Source: Vulcanimicrobiota bacterium
GTDB taxonomy: Bacteria; Vulcanimicrobiota; Vulcanimicrobiia; Vulcanimicrobiales; Vulcanimicrobiaceae
Assembly (NCBI GenBank): GCA_963786105.1
Contig: CAWAXX010000002.1
Span: forward strand, 21,699 to 85,698
Length of the DNA: 64,000 nt
Direction of reading: 5' to 3'
The position numbers were made by a program, and so were the translations under genes. Shown here in pieces: positions 39,946 through 49,095 of the stretch. Under the pieces are notes generated by a model. It had not been told where the DNA came from. It was given only the letters and a program-made list of their open reading frames with translations, and did no database searches. Each line of letters opens with the position of its first letter. Within the stretch, counting starts at the first letter, position 1.

Positions 39946-41025
39946 TCAGTACGCAAGCTTGTCGACCTGGTTGCCGCTAATGTTCGTGAACCAGATGGTC
40001 CGCCCAACTCCGGCTGCGATCCCTCCGGGCGTTACCGAGCATTGGCTGCCACATCCCGGAATGGGGTATTCCGTTGCCGAGCCGCCGGTCGTTATTCGCC
40101 CGACTTCGTTGGCCTCTTGCACCGTGAACCACAGGGCACCATCGTTCCCCACGGTGATAAAGGCCGGCGCACCAAAGTGCTGACCGATGCCGCTTAAGGA
40201 GTATTCCGTGATCTTGCCGGCCGTCGTAACGCGCCCGATAAGGTTGCTGGATGCGCCGGTGTACCACAAGTTCCGATCGGGGCCGCCGACGATGCCGTAA
40301 GGTTGTTCCGATTGGGTCGGCACCGTATATTCTCTCCACGCACCCGCAGCGGTGATGCGGCCGATTTTTCCGGTTCCGGTGGGACATTGTTCGGCGACCC
40401 AAACGTTCTTGTCCGAACCGATCGTGATGCCGTATGGCGAGCAATACTTCGTCGGCGCTAAGAACGTTTTGTACTTGCTTCCAACGATGTGCCCAACCTC
40501 GTAGTTGCCCGGGTCGCTAAACCAAATCGAACCATCCTTGGCTTGCTTCAAGAAATAGATGGCGTTGACCGGCGGTCCGGCGAGGTTCTTGATTTTCAGC
40601 GTGCCGCCGCTCGAGGTGCCGAGTTGCTCTCCGCCGTTGTGCTGGAGACCGAAGTAGACCGTGCCGTTGTTGCCGCCGGTGATGCCGACCGGTCCGGTGG
40701 CCCCCGTAGCCGGTGTAACTTTCGTAAAGTGGCCCGCTTCGGAGATCTGCCAAAGATACGTCGTCTTGCCGGCGCCCTGATTGAGCACTGGCTGCGTTGC
40801 GAACAGGTTCCCGTTCGCACCCAGCGCGATGTCGTAGGGATCCACGTTGGTGGTCGGGACCTTATAGGCGGTAATTTTGGTTGTATCCGGGAGCACGGCG
40901 TCCGTCGACGGCGCCCCATACGAAACTTTTGGATACAGGGCTGTTCCTGACGACGACCCGCAGGCCGCTAGTGCTGTCAACGTCAACGCCGTCGATACCT
41001 CGCGCCAACTCAATCTCGAACGCAT
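39946..41025 (-). CDS. Lipoprotein with Vgb (virginiamycin B lyase)-like beta-propeller
   Basis: Lipobox LAAC; repeats of PYGI..GPD.NLW...IGRIT..G.ITEY; GAGGAG RBS before the ATG at 41025. Confidence 0.82.
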   Translation of the reverse strand: MRSRLSWREVSTALTLTALAACGSSSGTALYPKVSYGAPSTDAVLPDTTKITAYKVPTTNVDPYDIALGANGNLFATQPVLNQGAGKTTYLWQISEAGHFTKVTPATGATGPVGITGGNNGTVYFGLQHNGGEQLGTSSGGTLKIKNLAGPPVNAIYFLKQAKDGSIWFSDPGNYEVGHIVGSKYKTFLAPTKYCSPYGITIGSDKNVWVAEQCPTGTGKIGRITAAGAWREYTVPTQSEQPYGIVGGPDRNLWYTGASSNLIGRVTTAGKITEYSLSGIGQHFGAPAFITVGNDGALWFTVQEANEVGRITTGGSATEYPIPGCGSQCSVTPGGIAAGVGRTIWFTNISGNQVDKLAY

Positions 41026-41064
41026 GAGATTTCCTCCTCGTAGAAAAACCAGTGATGCGCCGTC

Positions 41065-41143
41065 AACGTACGCCGGCACCGTCTAACCAGCGTCTAGGCC
41101 GCCGGCGCCGGTAGACGGTGCGTAGACGGACGTGCGGCACGCT
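41065..41143. promoter_or_regulatory. Divergent pair of SARP-type promoters (TAGACG-N5-TAGACG-N9-(-10))
   Basis: Minus strand: TAGACG at 41096-41091 and 41085-41080, then 9 nt, then TACGTT at 41070-41065. Plus strand: TAGACG at 41112-41117 and 41123-41128, then 9 nt, then CACGCT at 41138-41143. Confidence 0.7.
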
Positions 41144-41149
41144 GGCAGG

Positions 41150-41374
41150 GTGCAACGCAAGCGCAGCGAGCATCTCTTCATCGTCCGTCTCTGGCGAGAG
41201 GAAGACGGCGAGCACGGAACCTGGCGCGGATTCATCGAGCACGTCGCCACCCGCAATCGCCGGTATTTTAGCGATCTGGCGGCATTAACGTCGTACATCA
41301 GCACCCAAATCGCGCACCCGGGAGCGTCATCGGGGGAATTGGCCGGGGCTCATGACGGCCAAACGGACGTGTGA
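41150..41374 (+). CDS. Small hypothetical protein (FIVRLWRE...WRGFIEHV...RRYF type)
   Basis: Compact beta-rich ORF; GTG 6 nt after the -10 box; ends about 10 nt before the regulator start. Confidence 0.7.
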   Translation: MQRKRSEHLFIVRLWREEDGEHGTWRGFIEHVATRNRRYFSDLAALTSYISTQIAHPGASSGELAGAHDGQTDV

Positions 41375-41383
41375 TACTCTCGA

Positions 41384-44300
41384 TTGGTGGGCGCACGAGA
41401 TCGCCGCCAAGGCGTGTCGGCAGCCGGCCTGCGCATACGCCTGTTCGGAACCGCGCAGTTCTCGGCCGGTCAAGAAACGTGGCCGTTCCGTGCCCCGCCA
41501 CGGACGTTGCCGTTGCTCGCATACCTCGTGCTGCATCGCGCCAAGCCGGTCAGGCGCGACATGGCGGCGTTCGCGCTCTGGCCCGACGACGACGAAACGT
41601 CGGCGCGCGCTAATTTGCGGCGCCACTTGCACTACCTGCAGAACGCGCTTCCCGAATCGCCGCTGGCCCGGCCATGGGTTTTAGTCGACGGTCGAAGCTC
41701 CGTTGGTTGGAACCCGCGTGCCGATTGCGAGATCGACGTCGTCGAGTTCGAGCGGCTGAGCGGCAGCGAAGCCTCTCGCGAGAGCGCCGATGCGCTATAC
41801 CGCGGGGAGCTTCTTGCCGACCTCAGCGATGAGTGGATTCTGTACGACCGCGAGCGTTTACGCGACACCGCGCTGACGAATCTGGAGCGGCTGATAACGT
41901 CGGCGCGCCGAGATGGTGATTTTGCGCGGGCGTTGCACTACGCGCAGCGGCTATCGGCAATCGATCCGTGGCGTGAAGATGCGGTTCGACACGCCATGGA
42001 GCTCCGCTATGCCGCCGGCGACCGTGCCGGTGCGCTCGCCGAGTTCGAAAAGTTCGCGATGCGTTTGCGCGAGGAGCTCGACGCCGACCCGATGCCGGAA
42101 ACCGTCGCATGTTACGAGTCGATCGGTCGCAACGCGCCGGTGCTGCAACCGCCCCTCGATGAGGCCGAAGTCGATGGCACGGCGACCGAACCAAAGTGGG
42201 AGCTGCCGTTTGTCGGGCGGGAAACCGAATTGGAACGGCTGCGCGTCTGGTGGACGCGCTCGGCACGCGGCGGTGGAACGTTGGGATTGGTATGCGGGGA
42301 AGCGGGCATCGGAAAGACGCGCCTTCTCGCCGCGCTAAAGGAACTCGCCGAAGCCGAAGGCGGCCGCGTGCTGGCGGGGGCGACGGCTTCGCGAGAGGCG
42401 TTTCCGTACCAAGCCGTGCTCGATGCGCTCGCCGGCGTCACCAACATGGTGGCGGCGCTTGCGATCGATTCGGTTTGGATTTCCGTCGTCGCCGATCTCA
42501 TTCCGGAGCTTGCCGCGCGCCGGCCCGATCTGCAAACGCCGGCGGTTGCTCCCGATCACGTTCGCACGCGGCTCTTCGAAGCGATTTTTCAGGTGCTCGA
42601 CGGTCTGGCGGCGCAACGTCCGGTGCTGCTCGTGCTCGAAGACCTCCACTGGGCCGGTGCGGCGACGATCGACCTGCTCGAGTTTCTATCGCATCGCATC
42701 GCGGCGACGCGGCTACTCGTGGTGGCATCGTATCGCGACGAAGAAATCGCCCGCGTTCATCCACTGCGTAACCTCCGCCGGCGTTCGCGGGCAAGCCGTC
42801 AAAACGCGTTTCTCGCGATCGGACCGATCGGCCAAAGCGCCGTCGAATCGCTCGTCGGCAAACTCATGCGGCGCCTTCCCGTTGCACGGGAATGGGCACC
42901 GCTCTTGTACGCGCGCAGCGAAGGGAATCCACTGTTTCTCGCCCAGTTGATCGCGACGGTCGTCGAACGCGGTTCCGATGCGCCGTTGCACGAACCGATC
43001 CCGGGCGGACTGCGTGAAGTTATTGGAGGGCGCCTCGCGCGCCTGGCGCCCGACACGCGTTCGGTGGCGCTCATGGCTTCGGTGATCGGGGACGCCTTCG
43101 ACGTCGAGCTCCTGCAAGAGGTCAGTGGCTGGAATGCGGCGCGGCTGAGCACCGGCATCGCCGAGCTTTTGGAACGGCGACTGATTCGCGACACCGGCTT
43201 GCACGCCGCCGGTGACCTGACGTTTTCTCACCACTTGATCGAAGCGGCGATTTACGCTGAGGCGTCGCAGCGCGATCTCACCGACCGTCATGCCCGCGTA
43301 GCCGTTGCGCTCGAACAACTGTACCCCGCGCGGTTAGACGAGCTGAGCTACCGTATCGCGCGGCAGTTCGAGTTAGGTGCCAGCCCGCAACGCGCTGCGG
43401 AGTACTATGCGCGAGCGGCCCGCTTCGCACTGGCGCGTTGGGCGTACGACGATGCGGTTGCGGGTGCGACCAGAGGCCTCGAGCTCGCCACTTCGGATGC
43501 CACGAAGATTTCTTTGCTGCTCGCGCGCGAAGAGGCACTCGCCCGGCAGGGAGACGCGTCTGCGCGCAGCGCCGACCTCGATGCGCTGAGCGCGCTGGCG
43601 AGTTCCGGACGACGTCGAACTGCGTTGCGAAATCCAGCGACGGAGAATCGACTTTCTCCACGCCGCCGATCGGCGCGCCGACGAGAACGCGGCGATTGCC
43701 GAGTTCAAACGTCTCGCCGCGCACTCCGAAGGGCCGCACGCAAGGCTCGAAGCGCGGCTCGCCGGAGCGCGTTTCTCGATGCTCGCTTCACGGCACGCCG
43801 AAGCGGTCGCGGAATGCCGGGAAGCCCTCAAACTGGCCACCGACGACGCCGACCTGAAAGCCCAAACGCGGTGCTACCGTCTGCTCGCCGATATTTTCGA
43901 CCGGTCGGCCGACTTCGCACTCGCTGAAGACGCGCTCTCGCAGGCACGCCGCTTGAGCGATCGACTGGCCGACCCCGGCTTACAGCTCGGCGTCCTGCTG
44001 ATGGCGTGCCGCCTCGCGAACTGGCAGAACCGTTACGACGAAGTGCAGGCGCTCGGATCGCGCATGCTGGAGCTCGCGGTCGCCTCGGGCGATCGCAGTC
44101 ATGAGGGAACGGCCCGCAACGTTCTGGGCGTCGCCGCTTTGTACCGCTTCGAGATTTCGCACGCGCGTCACCATCTCGAGCAATCGCGCAACATCTTTGC
44201 TTCGCTCCAGCGGCCCCGTAACGTCATTGCGGCGCAACTGAATCAAATGCTTCTGCTCATGCGAACCGGTGACTTGGACGAAGCGATTGCCTTGGGCGAG

Positions 44301-44903
44301 CGCACCGATGCGCTGGCAGTCGAGGCCGAAGCACATCTGTTTCGCGAGTCGGCGATCTGTATGGTCGCGGAAGCGTACCTGCGTAAGGGTGACGTTGGAA
44401 ATGCACACGCCGCGGCTTCCGAAGCGCTCGAGCGCAGCGCCGCCTCGCAGTCGCGCAATCTCGCACCGGCAGCCTTCAAGGTTGCGCGCTGTGAAGCTGC
44501 GCGCGGCAACTTCGACGAGGCCATCGCGCGCATCGACGACGCGCTTCGATTGGTTGAGACCCCCGGCCTCGAGGTTCAAAAGGCCGATGCGTTGGCCGAT
44601 TTGGCTGCCGTCGCGTTGAAGGCCGGTTTACCGGAACGGGCGTTGCAGAGCGTCGACGCCTTTCTTCCGATCGTGCAGAACGATTCCAGTCGCTTCGCAG
44701 AGCCCGAAACGTCGCTGCTGGTCGCCGCGCAAGTATTTCGTGCAACGGGGAGGCACGAGGCCGCGGACGGGCCGCTTGCGACGGCCTGGGAGGTGTATCA
44801 ACGACGCTTGGCCGGCATCGATGACGCCCGGGTCCAGGCTGCGTATGCGGCGCTCTGGTTTCACCGCGAACTCCAAGCCGCGATCGTCGCCGCCCGCGTT
44901 TAG
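41384..44903 (+). CDS. SARP-type (wHTH-BTAD) STAND ATPase-TPR regulator, with an apparent frameshift near 43605
   Basis: IRLFG, LAYLVLH, DPWRED, GEAGIGKT, LEDLHWA and EGNPLFL. After about 43605 the reading continues in another frame (DDVELRCEIQRRRIDFL...) into ORF 43779-44903, collinear with the paralog at 30106-33579. Confidence 0.85.
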
Positions 44904-44932
44904 ACGCTCCCTAGACGTTTCGCCGGTACGCT
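44901..44932 (+). promoter_or_regulatory. Third SARP-type promoter
   Basis: TAGACG at 44901-44906 and 44912-44917, then 9 nt, then TACGCT at 44927-44932; lies upstream of the ATG at 44954. Confidence 0.7.
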
Positions 44933-44953
44933 CGTGGCGAAAGGAACTCGGCT

Positions 44954-45761
44954 ATGAGGTTTTGGTTCCATCGAGGTATAGCGTTGTCGGCCGTCGCGGG
45001 CTGCCTCATGCGCGCTTCCCGCATCTGCTGCTGTTCGATCCGCCGGCGAAACGTTCGTCTACGACGTGACCATCGCCCATACCATCAAAGAGGATCTGTC
45101 GAGCTTACCGGCGAGCGTGCGCGGAACCGCCGAAGCGAATGTGGCCGCCGGCAATAAGACTCCGACGACGTACGTCTTGACGCTGACGGTCGACCGGGTC
45201 GGTACCGATGGGTCCGCACACGTCAACGTCGGCTTTACCAACTCGCTCGAGAGCGGTCATGGCTCGCCCGCAGTGTTCGCCCAATTCAATCGGTTTGACG
45301 CAACGCTGACGGCGGACGGCCAACTCGTGCCCAAGTACGACCCGAACATGCCGTTGACGGTCGGCGATCGCGGGATGTCTCCGCCGGAAGAGATTCACAA
45401 CACGAAAGCCGGGCAGATGGCCCAGTTATTCGCCGATTTCAACACGTTCGCACGCGGCTGCGCCGCTCGTCCTCAGATGAAGGCCGGTGACGCTTGGCAC
45501 CTCACGAGTCGGGATCAGTACGGCGTCCAACGCACCTACGACTTTGGCGCTGCTCCGGACTCGGGCGGCGCTCCGACGGTGACGATGAAGGGAAGTTTTT
45601 CAACCGCGAATTCGAGCGCGACGGTTAACGCAAACGGACACTACGATCGCGGCCGCGGACTCGTGCTCGGTCTCCACGAGGAGACGACCTTCCAAAATTC
45701 GCCTCCGAGCGGAGTCTCGTCGTCGGGCACGAGCACCGTCGATTACCGCTTGCGTCCGTGA
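44954..45761 (+). CDS. Secreted beta-rich hypothetical protein, with an apparent frameshift near 45010
   Basis: AAGGA RBS. MRFWFHRGIALSAVAGCLM joins ALPASAAVRSAGETFVYDVTIAHT in another frame, which rebuilds a complete signal peptide. Confidence 0.65.
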
Positions 45762-45904
45762 AAAGCGATCGCCATCGCCGGCGCTCCAATCGTCGTGGGA
45801 CCCTGGACGACGGTATAGGACCTGGGGTGCCAGCAGCCCAGAAGGGCCATGGCGCAGGTGGCAAATACCGCCATGGCTGCGAGCGCGAACAGTTGTTTCG
45901 TCAT
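45743..45904 (-). CDS. Small putative lipoprotein (53 aa, not in the ORF track)
   Basis: Translates as MTKQLFALAAMAVFATCAMALLGCWHPRSYTVVQGPTTIGAPAMAIAFHGRKR; GAGGA RBS; LLGC lipobox. Confidence 0.55.
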   Translation of the reverse strand: MTKQLFALAAMAVFATCAMALLGCWHPRSYTVVQGPTTIGAPAMAIAFHGRKR

Positions 45905-45935
45905 GTGATGGAGCTTCCTCAATCCGTCCCCGACC

Positions 45936-46691
45936 CTATGCGGCCGTGACGAACCACTCGTTGCCGAAGCGGTCGTGCACGGCGCCGAACTTTCCGCCCC
46001 ACTGCGCGTCGCCGTAAGGCGTAATAACGCTGCCGCCGTCGGAGAGCGCGCTAAAGATTTCGGCGGCGCGCATCGCGTCGGGGGCGTTGAGCGCTAAAGT
46101 GACGTTGCCTTCGTCGACGTCGATCGCGCGGGTAGCCATACCGTCGGAGGCTTTGAACGCGATGCCGGATCCGGTGAAGGTCGCGTATTGCACTTTGTCG
46201 CCCTCACGCATGACGATCTCGTAGTTCCCACCGAGGGCGGTCTTATAAAACTCGAGCGCCTCTTCGCAGCGACCGTAGAAGAAGATGAATGGGGTAAGTT
46301 CCAAGGACGCGTTGCGCATGTCGCTCCCGGGATCGACCAATCCGATGGTGTGACCTTCGGGGTCGCGGAAAAGCCCGATGACGGGACCGTTGGGGACTTT
46401 ATCGGGGCCCACCATTCGCGAGCCGCCGTGTTCCTCGATCTTGGCAAACGCGGACTCGACGTCGTCGACGACGACATAGAACGTTACGTGGCCGTCGTAC
46501 CCATCGGGTGCCTTACCGATGCCGCCGCCGATTCCACGCTGGAGGCCCGGGACCGGATCGACGAGGCTATACTGAACTTCGGACTCCGGAATCGGAGCCG
46601 CGACGTTCCAGCCGAAGACGTCGGCGTAGAAGTTGCGCAGCCTCGGCGCGTCGTGGCCCATAATTTCGAAATGCATGACCGGATGTTTCAC
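45936..46691 (-). CDS. Two-domain VOC (glyoxalase + PhnB-like) protein
   Basis: HFEI...FY.DVFGW and FRDPEGH in the first domain; PFIFFYGRCEEALEFY...DRFGNEW in the second. Confidence 0.85.
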   Translation of the reverse strand: MKHPVMHFEIMGHDAPRLRNFYADVFGWNVAAPIPESEVQYSLVDPVPGLQRGIGGGIGKAPDGYDGHVTFYVVVDDVESAFAKIEEHGGSRMVGPDKVPNGPVIGLFRDPEGHTIGLVDPGSDMRNASLELTPFIFFYGRCEEALEFYKTALGGNYEIVMREGDKVQYATFTGSGIAFKASDGMATRAIDVDEGNVTLALNAPDAMRAAEIFSALSDGGSVITPYGDAQWGGKFGAVHDRFGNEWFVTAA

Positions 46692-46712
46692 GTTGATACT
46701 CCCTCGCTATTG

Positions 46713-47204
46713 TTATGCGTTGTAGACTCGACGAAGCTCGTCGATGTCGAGCTTGCTCATTTGAAGCATGGCGCGCATGGCGCGCTGCGAGCGCTCCTCG
46801 TCGTCGCCGCCGAGGACGTCGCGAAGACCGTCCGGTACGAGGTTCCAGGCGAAACCGTAACGGTCGGCTACCCAACCGCACGGTAGTTGCTTGCCGCCTT
46901 GGGAGAGCTTGTGCCAGAGCTGGTCGAGTTCGGCTTGCGTTTTGCAGCTGACGAAGAGCGCGATCTTGCCTTGCGAAAAATCGTCGCTGGGCACTTGGGG
47001 GTCGTTCGACGGCGCGTTGATCGCCATGAAGTCTTGCCCGTCGAGTTCGAACTCGATCGTCATTACCGAGCCCACCGGTCCCGGACCGGCCTCGCCGTAG
47101 CGGCTCACGTCGGTGATTTTCGAATTCGCAAACGTAGCGACGTAGAATTCGGCCGCCTCTTCGGCCTGGCCGGTGAACCACAGGAACGGGGTGATGCTGG
47201 GCAC
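46713..47204 (-). CDS. VOC/PhnB-family (3-demethylubiquinone-9 3-methyltransferase-like) protein
   Basis: ITPFLWF..QAEEAAEFY, CGWV.DRYG..W and AMLQMSKLDI; AGGAG RBS before the GTG at 47204. Confidence 0.88.
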   Translation of the reverse strand: MPSITPFLWFTGQAEEAAEFYVATFANSKITDVSRYGEAGPGPVGSVMTIEFELDGQDFMAINAPSNDPQVPSDDFSQGKIALFVSCKTQAELDQLWHKLSQGGKQLPCGWVADRYGFAWNLVPDGLRDVLGGDDEERSQRAMRAMLQMSKLDIDELRRVYNA

Positions 47205-47248
47205 GGTGTCTCCTTTCGACCGGTGGTGAGCGCCATAGTACCATCTGT

Positions 47249-47298
47249 ACTTGCTAAAAGCAAGTGTTGTTGGCAAAAGCAATAAAAGTTGCTACAAT
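47249..47298. promoter_or_regulatory. Operator palindrome and sigma70-type promoter between the VOC operon and the HxlR gene
   Basis: ACTTGCT-AAA-AGCAAGT at 47249-47265. TTGGCA (47270-47275), 17 nt, TACAAT (47293-47298), 6 nt, then the ATG at 47305. Confidence 0.7.
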
Positions 47299-47304
47299 GC
47301 TGGT

Positions 47305-47952
47305 ATGGCCGTCGTCAAGCGCAGTTACGGGCAGTACTGCGGGTTCGCTCGGGCGCTCGAATTAGTAGGCGAGCGGTGGGCACTGCTCATCGTCCGCGAC
47401 CTGCTGATCGGCCCGAAGCGCTTCGGCGAGATTCAGCGTGGGCTGCCCGGGATCCCCACCAATATCCTCACCGCTCGCTTGAACGAGCTCGAGGACAGCG
47501 GGCTCGTGCGGCGGCGAGTTCTGGCGCGGCCGGCTAAGGGTGTCGCCTACGAGCTGACCGAGGCCGGTATAGCCCTTGAAGACGCCGTGTTCGCGCTCGG
47601 GCGATGGGGGGCCGTGCGTTTGGGCGAGCCGCGTCCCGACGAGACGGTCACCGAAGACTCGATCGCGATGGCGCTGCGTACGACGTTCCGGCCGGAAGCG
47701 GCCGGGAAAGCGAAGTTGACGTACCTTTTGCGATTGGGCGAAATCGAGGTGCACGCGCGTATCCGCGACGGCGCCGTTGCCGTCGGGCGCGGACCGGTTG
47801 AAAAGCCCGATCTCATCATCGAGACCGGACCGGAATTGCGTCTGCTGATGGCGCACGAGATTTCGCCGGCCGACGCGATCAAGAAGCGGCTCGTACGCGT
47901 GACCGGCGATCCAAAGTTGCTCGACCGCTTCGTGCGCATGTTCCGGATTTAG
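47305..47952 (+). CDS. HxlR-family wHTH regulator with C-terminal SCP2-like domain
   Basis: RSYGQYCGFARALELVGERWALLIVRDL and YELTEAG; C-terminal PDLII...VRVTGD. Confidence 0.9.
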   Translation: MAVVKRSYGQYCGFARALELVGERWALLIVRDLLIGPKRFGEIQRGLPGIPTNILTARLNELEDSGLVRRRVLARPAKGVAYELTEAGIALEDAVFALGRWGAVRLGEPRPDETVTEDSIAMALRTTFRPEAAGKAKLTYLLRLGEIEVHARIRDGAVAVGRGPVEKPDLIIETGPELRLLMAHEISPADAIKKRLVRVTGDPKLLDRFVRMFRI

Positions 47953-48015
47953 CAACGGCAGTTCTTGCCCGAAACCAGGAAAATATGCGCGCTTTGGTAG
48001 AGTGCCGTTACCGCG

Positions 48016-48891
48016 ATGGTGATTTTCAAAGGCAATAACGGTGTGCGCTCCGGCTGGCGCTTCGTCGCATTTTTCGTCGCGTCGTTCGTCCTTTCGGGGG
48101 TTGTCGACACCTATGCCGGTCCGCCGCTCGCGCGGTTGCTGCACGTCGACGAGAATTCGCTCAACTCGGGATCGATGCTGCTCGACGAAGCCCTTTCGAC
48201 GATTGGGATCGTGGCTGCAACGTGGATTTTCGCCGCACTCGAACGGCGGCGCGTCGACAGCTACGGCCTGCCGGTTCGGCTAGCGTTTCGCGGACGATTC
48301 TGGGAGGGCGCTGCGCTCGGTATCGCCGCGGCTGCAGTCGTCGCGGCCGGCATGTATGCATTGGGCGGGTTTCTTATTCACGGATTCGCGCTGCATGGCA
48401 GCGATTGGGTAGTGCAGCCCCTCAGGTGGGGCGCTGCGATGATCCTGGTCGGTGTCGGCGAGGAATTGTGGTTCCGCGGCTACGGTTTACAGGCATTGGC
48501 ACGTGGCGCAGGCTTTTGGCCAGCCGCCGCGATAACGTCGCTGATCTTTGGCGCGCTGCATCTCCAGAAGCCCGATGAGAACTTCATCGATATCTTCAAC
48601 ATCATCGCGCTCGGTTTCTTGATGGCGATTACGGTCTGGCGGACGGGAAGCCTGTGGCTCGCGGTGGGATTCCACTTTACCTTCGATTTCATGCAGTTCG
48701 TTGTCATCGGCACGCGCAACGGGGGCATACAGCCGGTGGGAACGCTGCTTCACTCGACGTTCCCGGGGCCGGCATGGATCAACGGAGGACCGCTCGGAAC
48801 GGAAGCGAGTTATCTCATGCTTCCCGTTATCGCCGCGCTCTATGTCTACGTGCTCCTACGCTACCCGAAAGAGCGCCCGCTCGAAATCTGA
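48016..48891 (+). CDS. CPBP (CAAX/Abi) intramembrane metalloprotease
   Basis: EELWFRGY, FGALH, TGSLW.AVGFH and GTEAS. Confidence 0.88.
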   Translation: MVIFKGNNGVRSGWRFVAFFVASFVLSGVVDTYAGPPLARLLHVDENSLNSGSMLLDEALSTIGIVAATWIFAALERRRVDSYGLPVRLAFRGRFWEGAALGIAAAAVVAAGMYALGGFLIHGFALHGSDWVVQPLRWGAAMILVGVGEELWFRGYGLQALARGAGFWPAAAITSLIFGALHLQKPDENFIDIFNIIALGFLMAITVWRTGSLWLAVGFHFTFDFMQFVVIGTRNGGIQPVGTLLHSTFPGPAWINGGPLGTEASYLMLPVIAALYVYVLLRYPKERPLEI

Positions 48892-49095
48892 TCACGTGGC
48901 GCCGCTATTCGGCAACTGAAAAAGGAGAGCAGCGCTGCGCCGCTCCGTGCGCTGGTCCGAGCCAACACGTTGCCGTCCTTGAGCCACGCCCTGGACCGGA
49001 CGCTCCGTAGCAGAGGTCGAGGAGCATACGTCCAATAAGATCGTCTTGCGCTCGACTCGTTCGGATGCGCGATACGCAGCTCGGTTCGGTTGGCA

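Noticed and set aside
39946..41025. Bona fide streptogramin B resistance gene (vgb)
   Set aside because: Only the repeat fold is similar; this is a lipoprotein and I could not confirm catalytic residues.
30106..44903. Avs-type antiphage system or antibiotic biosynthetic cluster
   Set aside because: The STAND proteins carry no nuclease, TIR or SIR2 effectors, and there are no PKS, NRPS or RiPP enzymes nearby.
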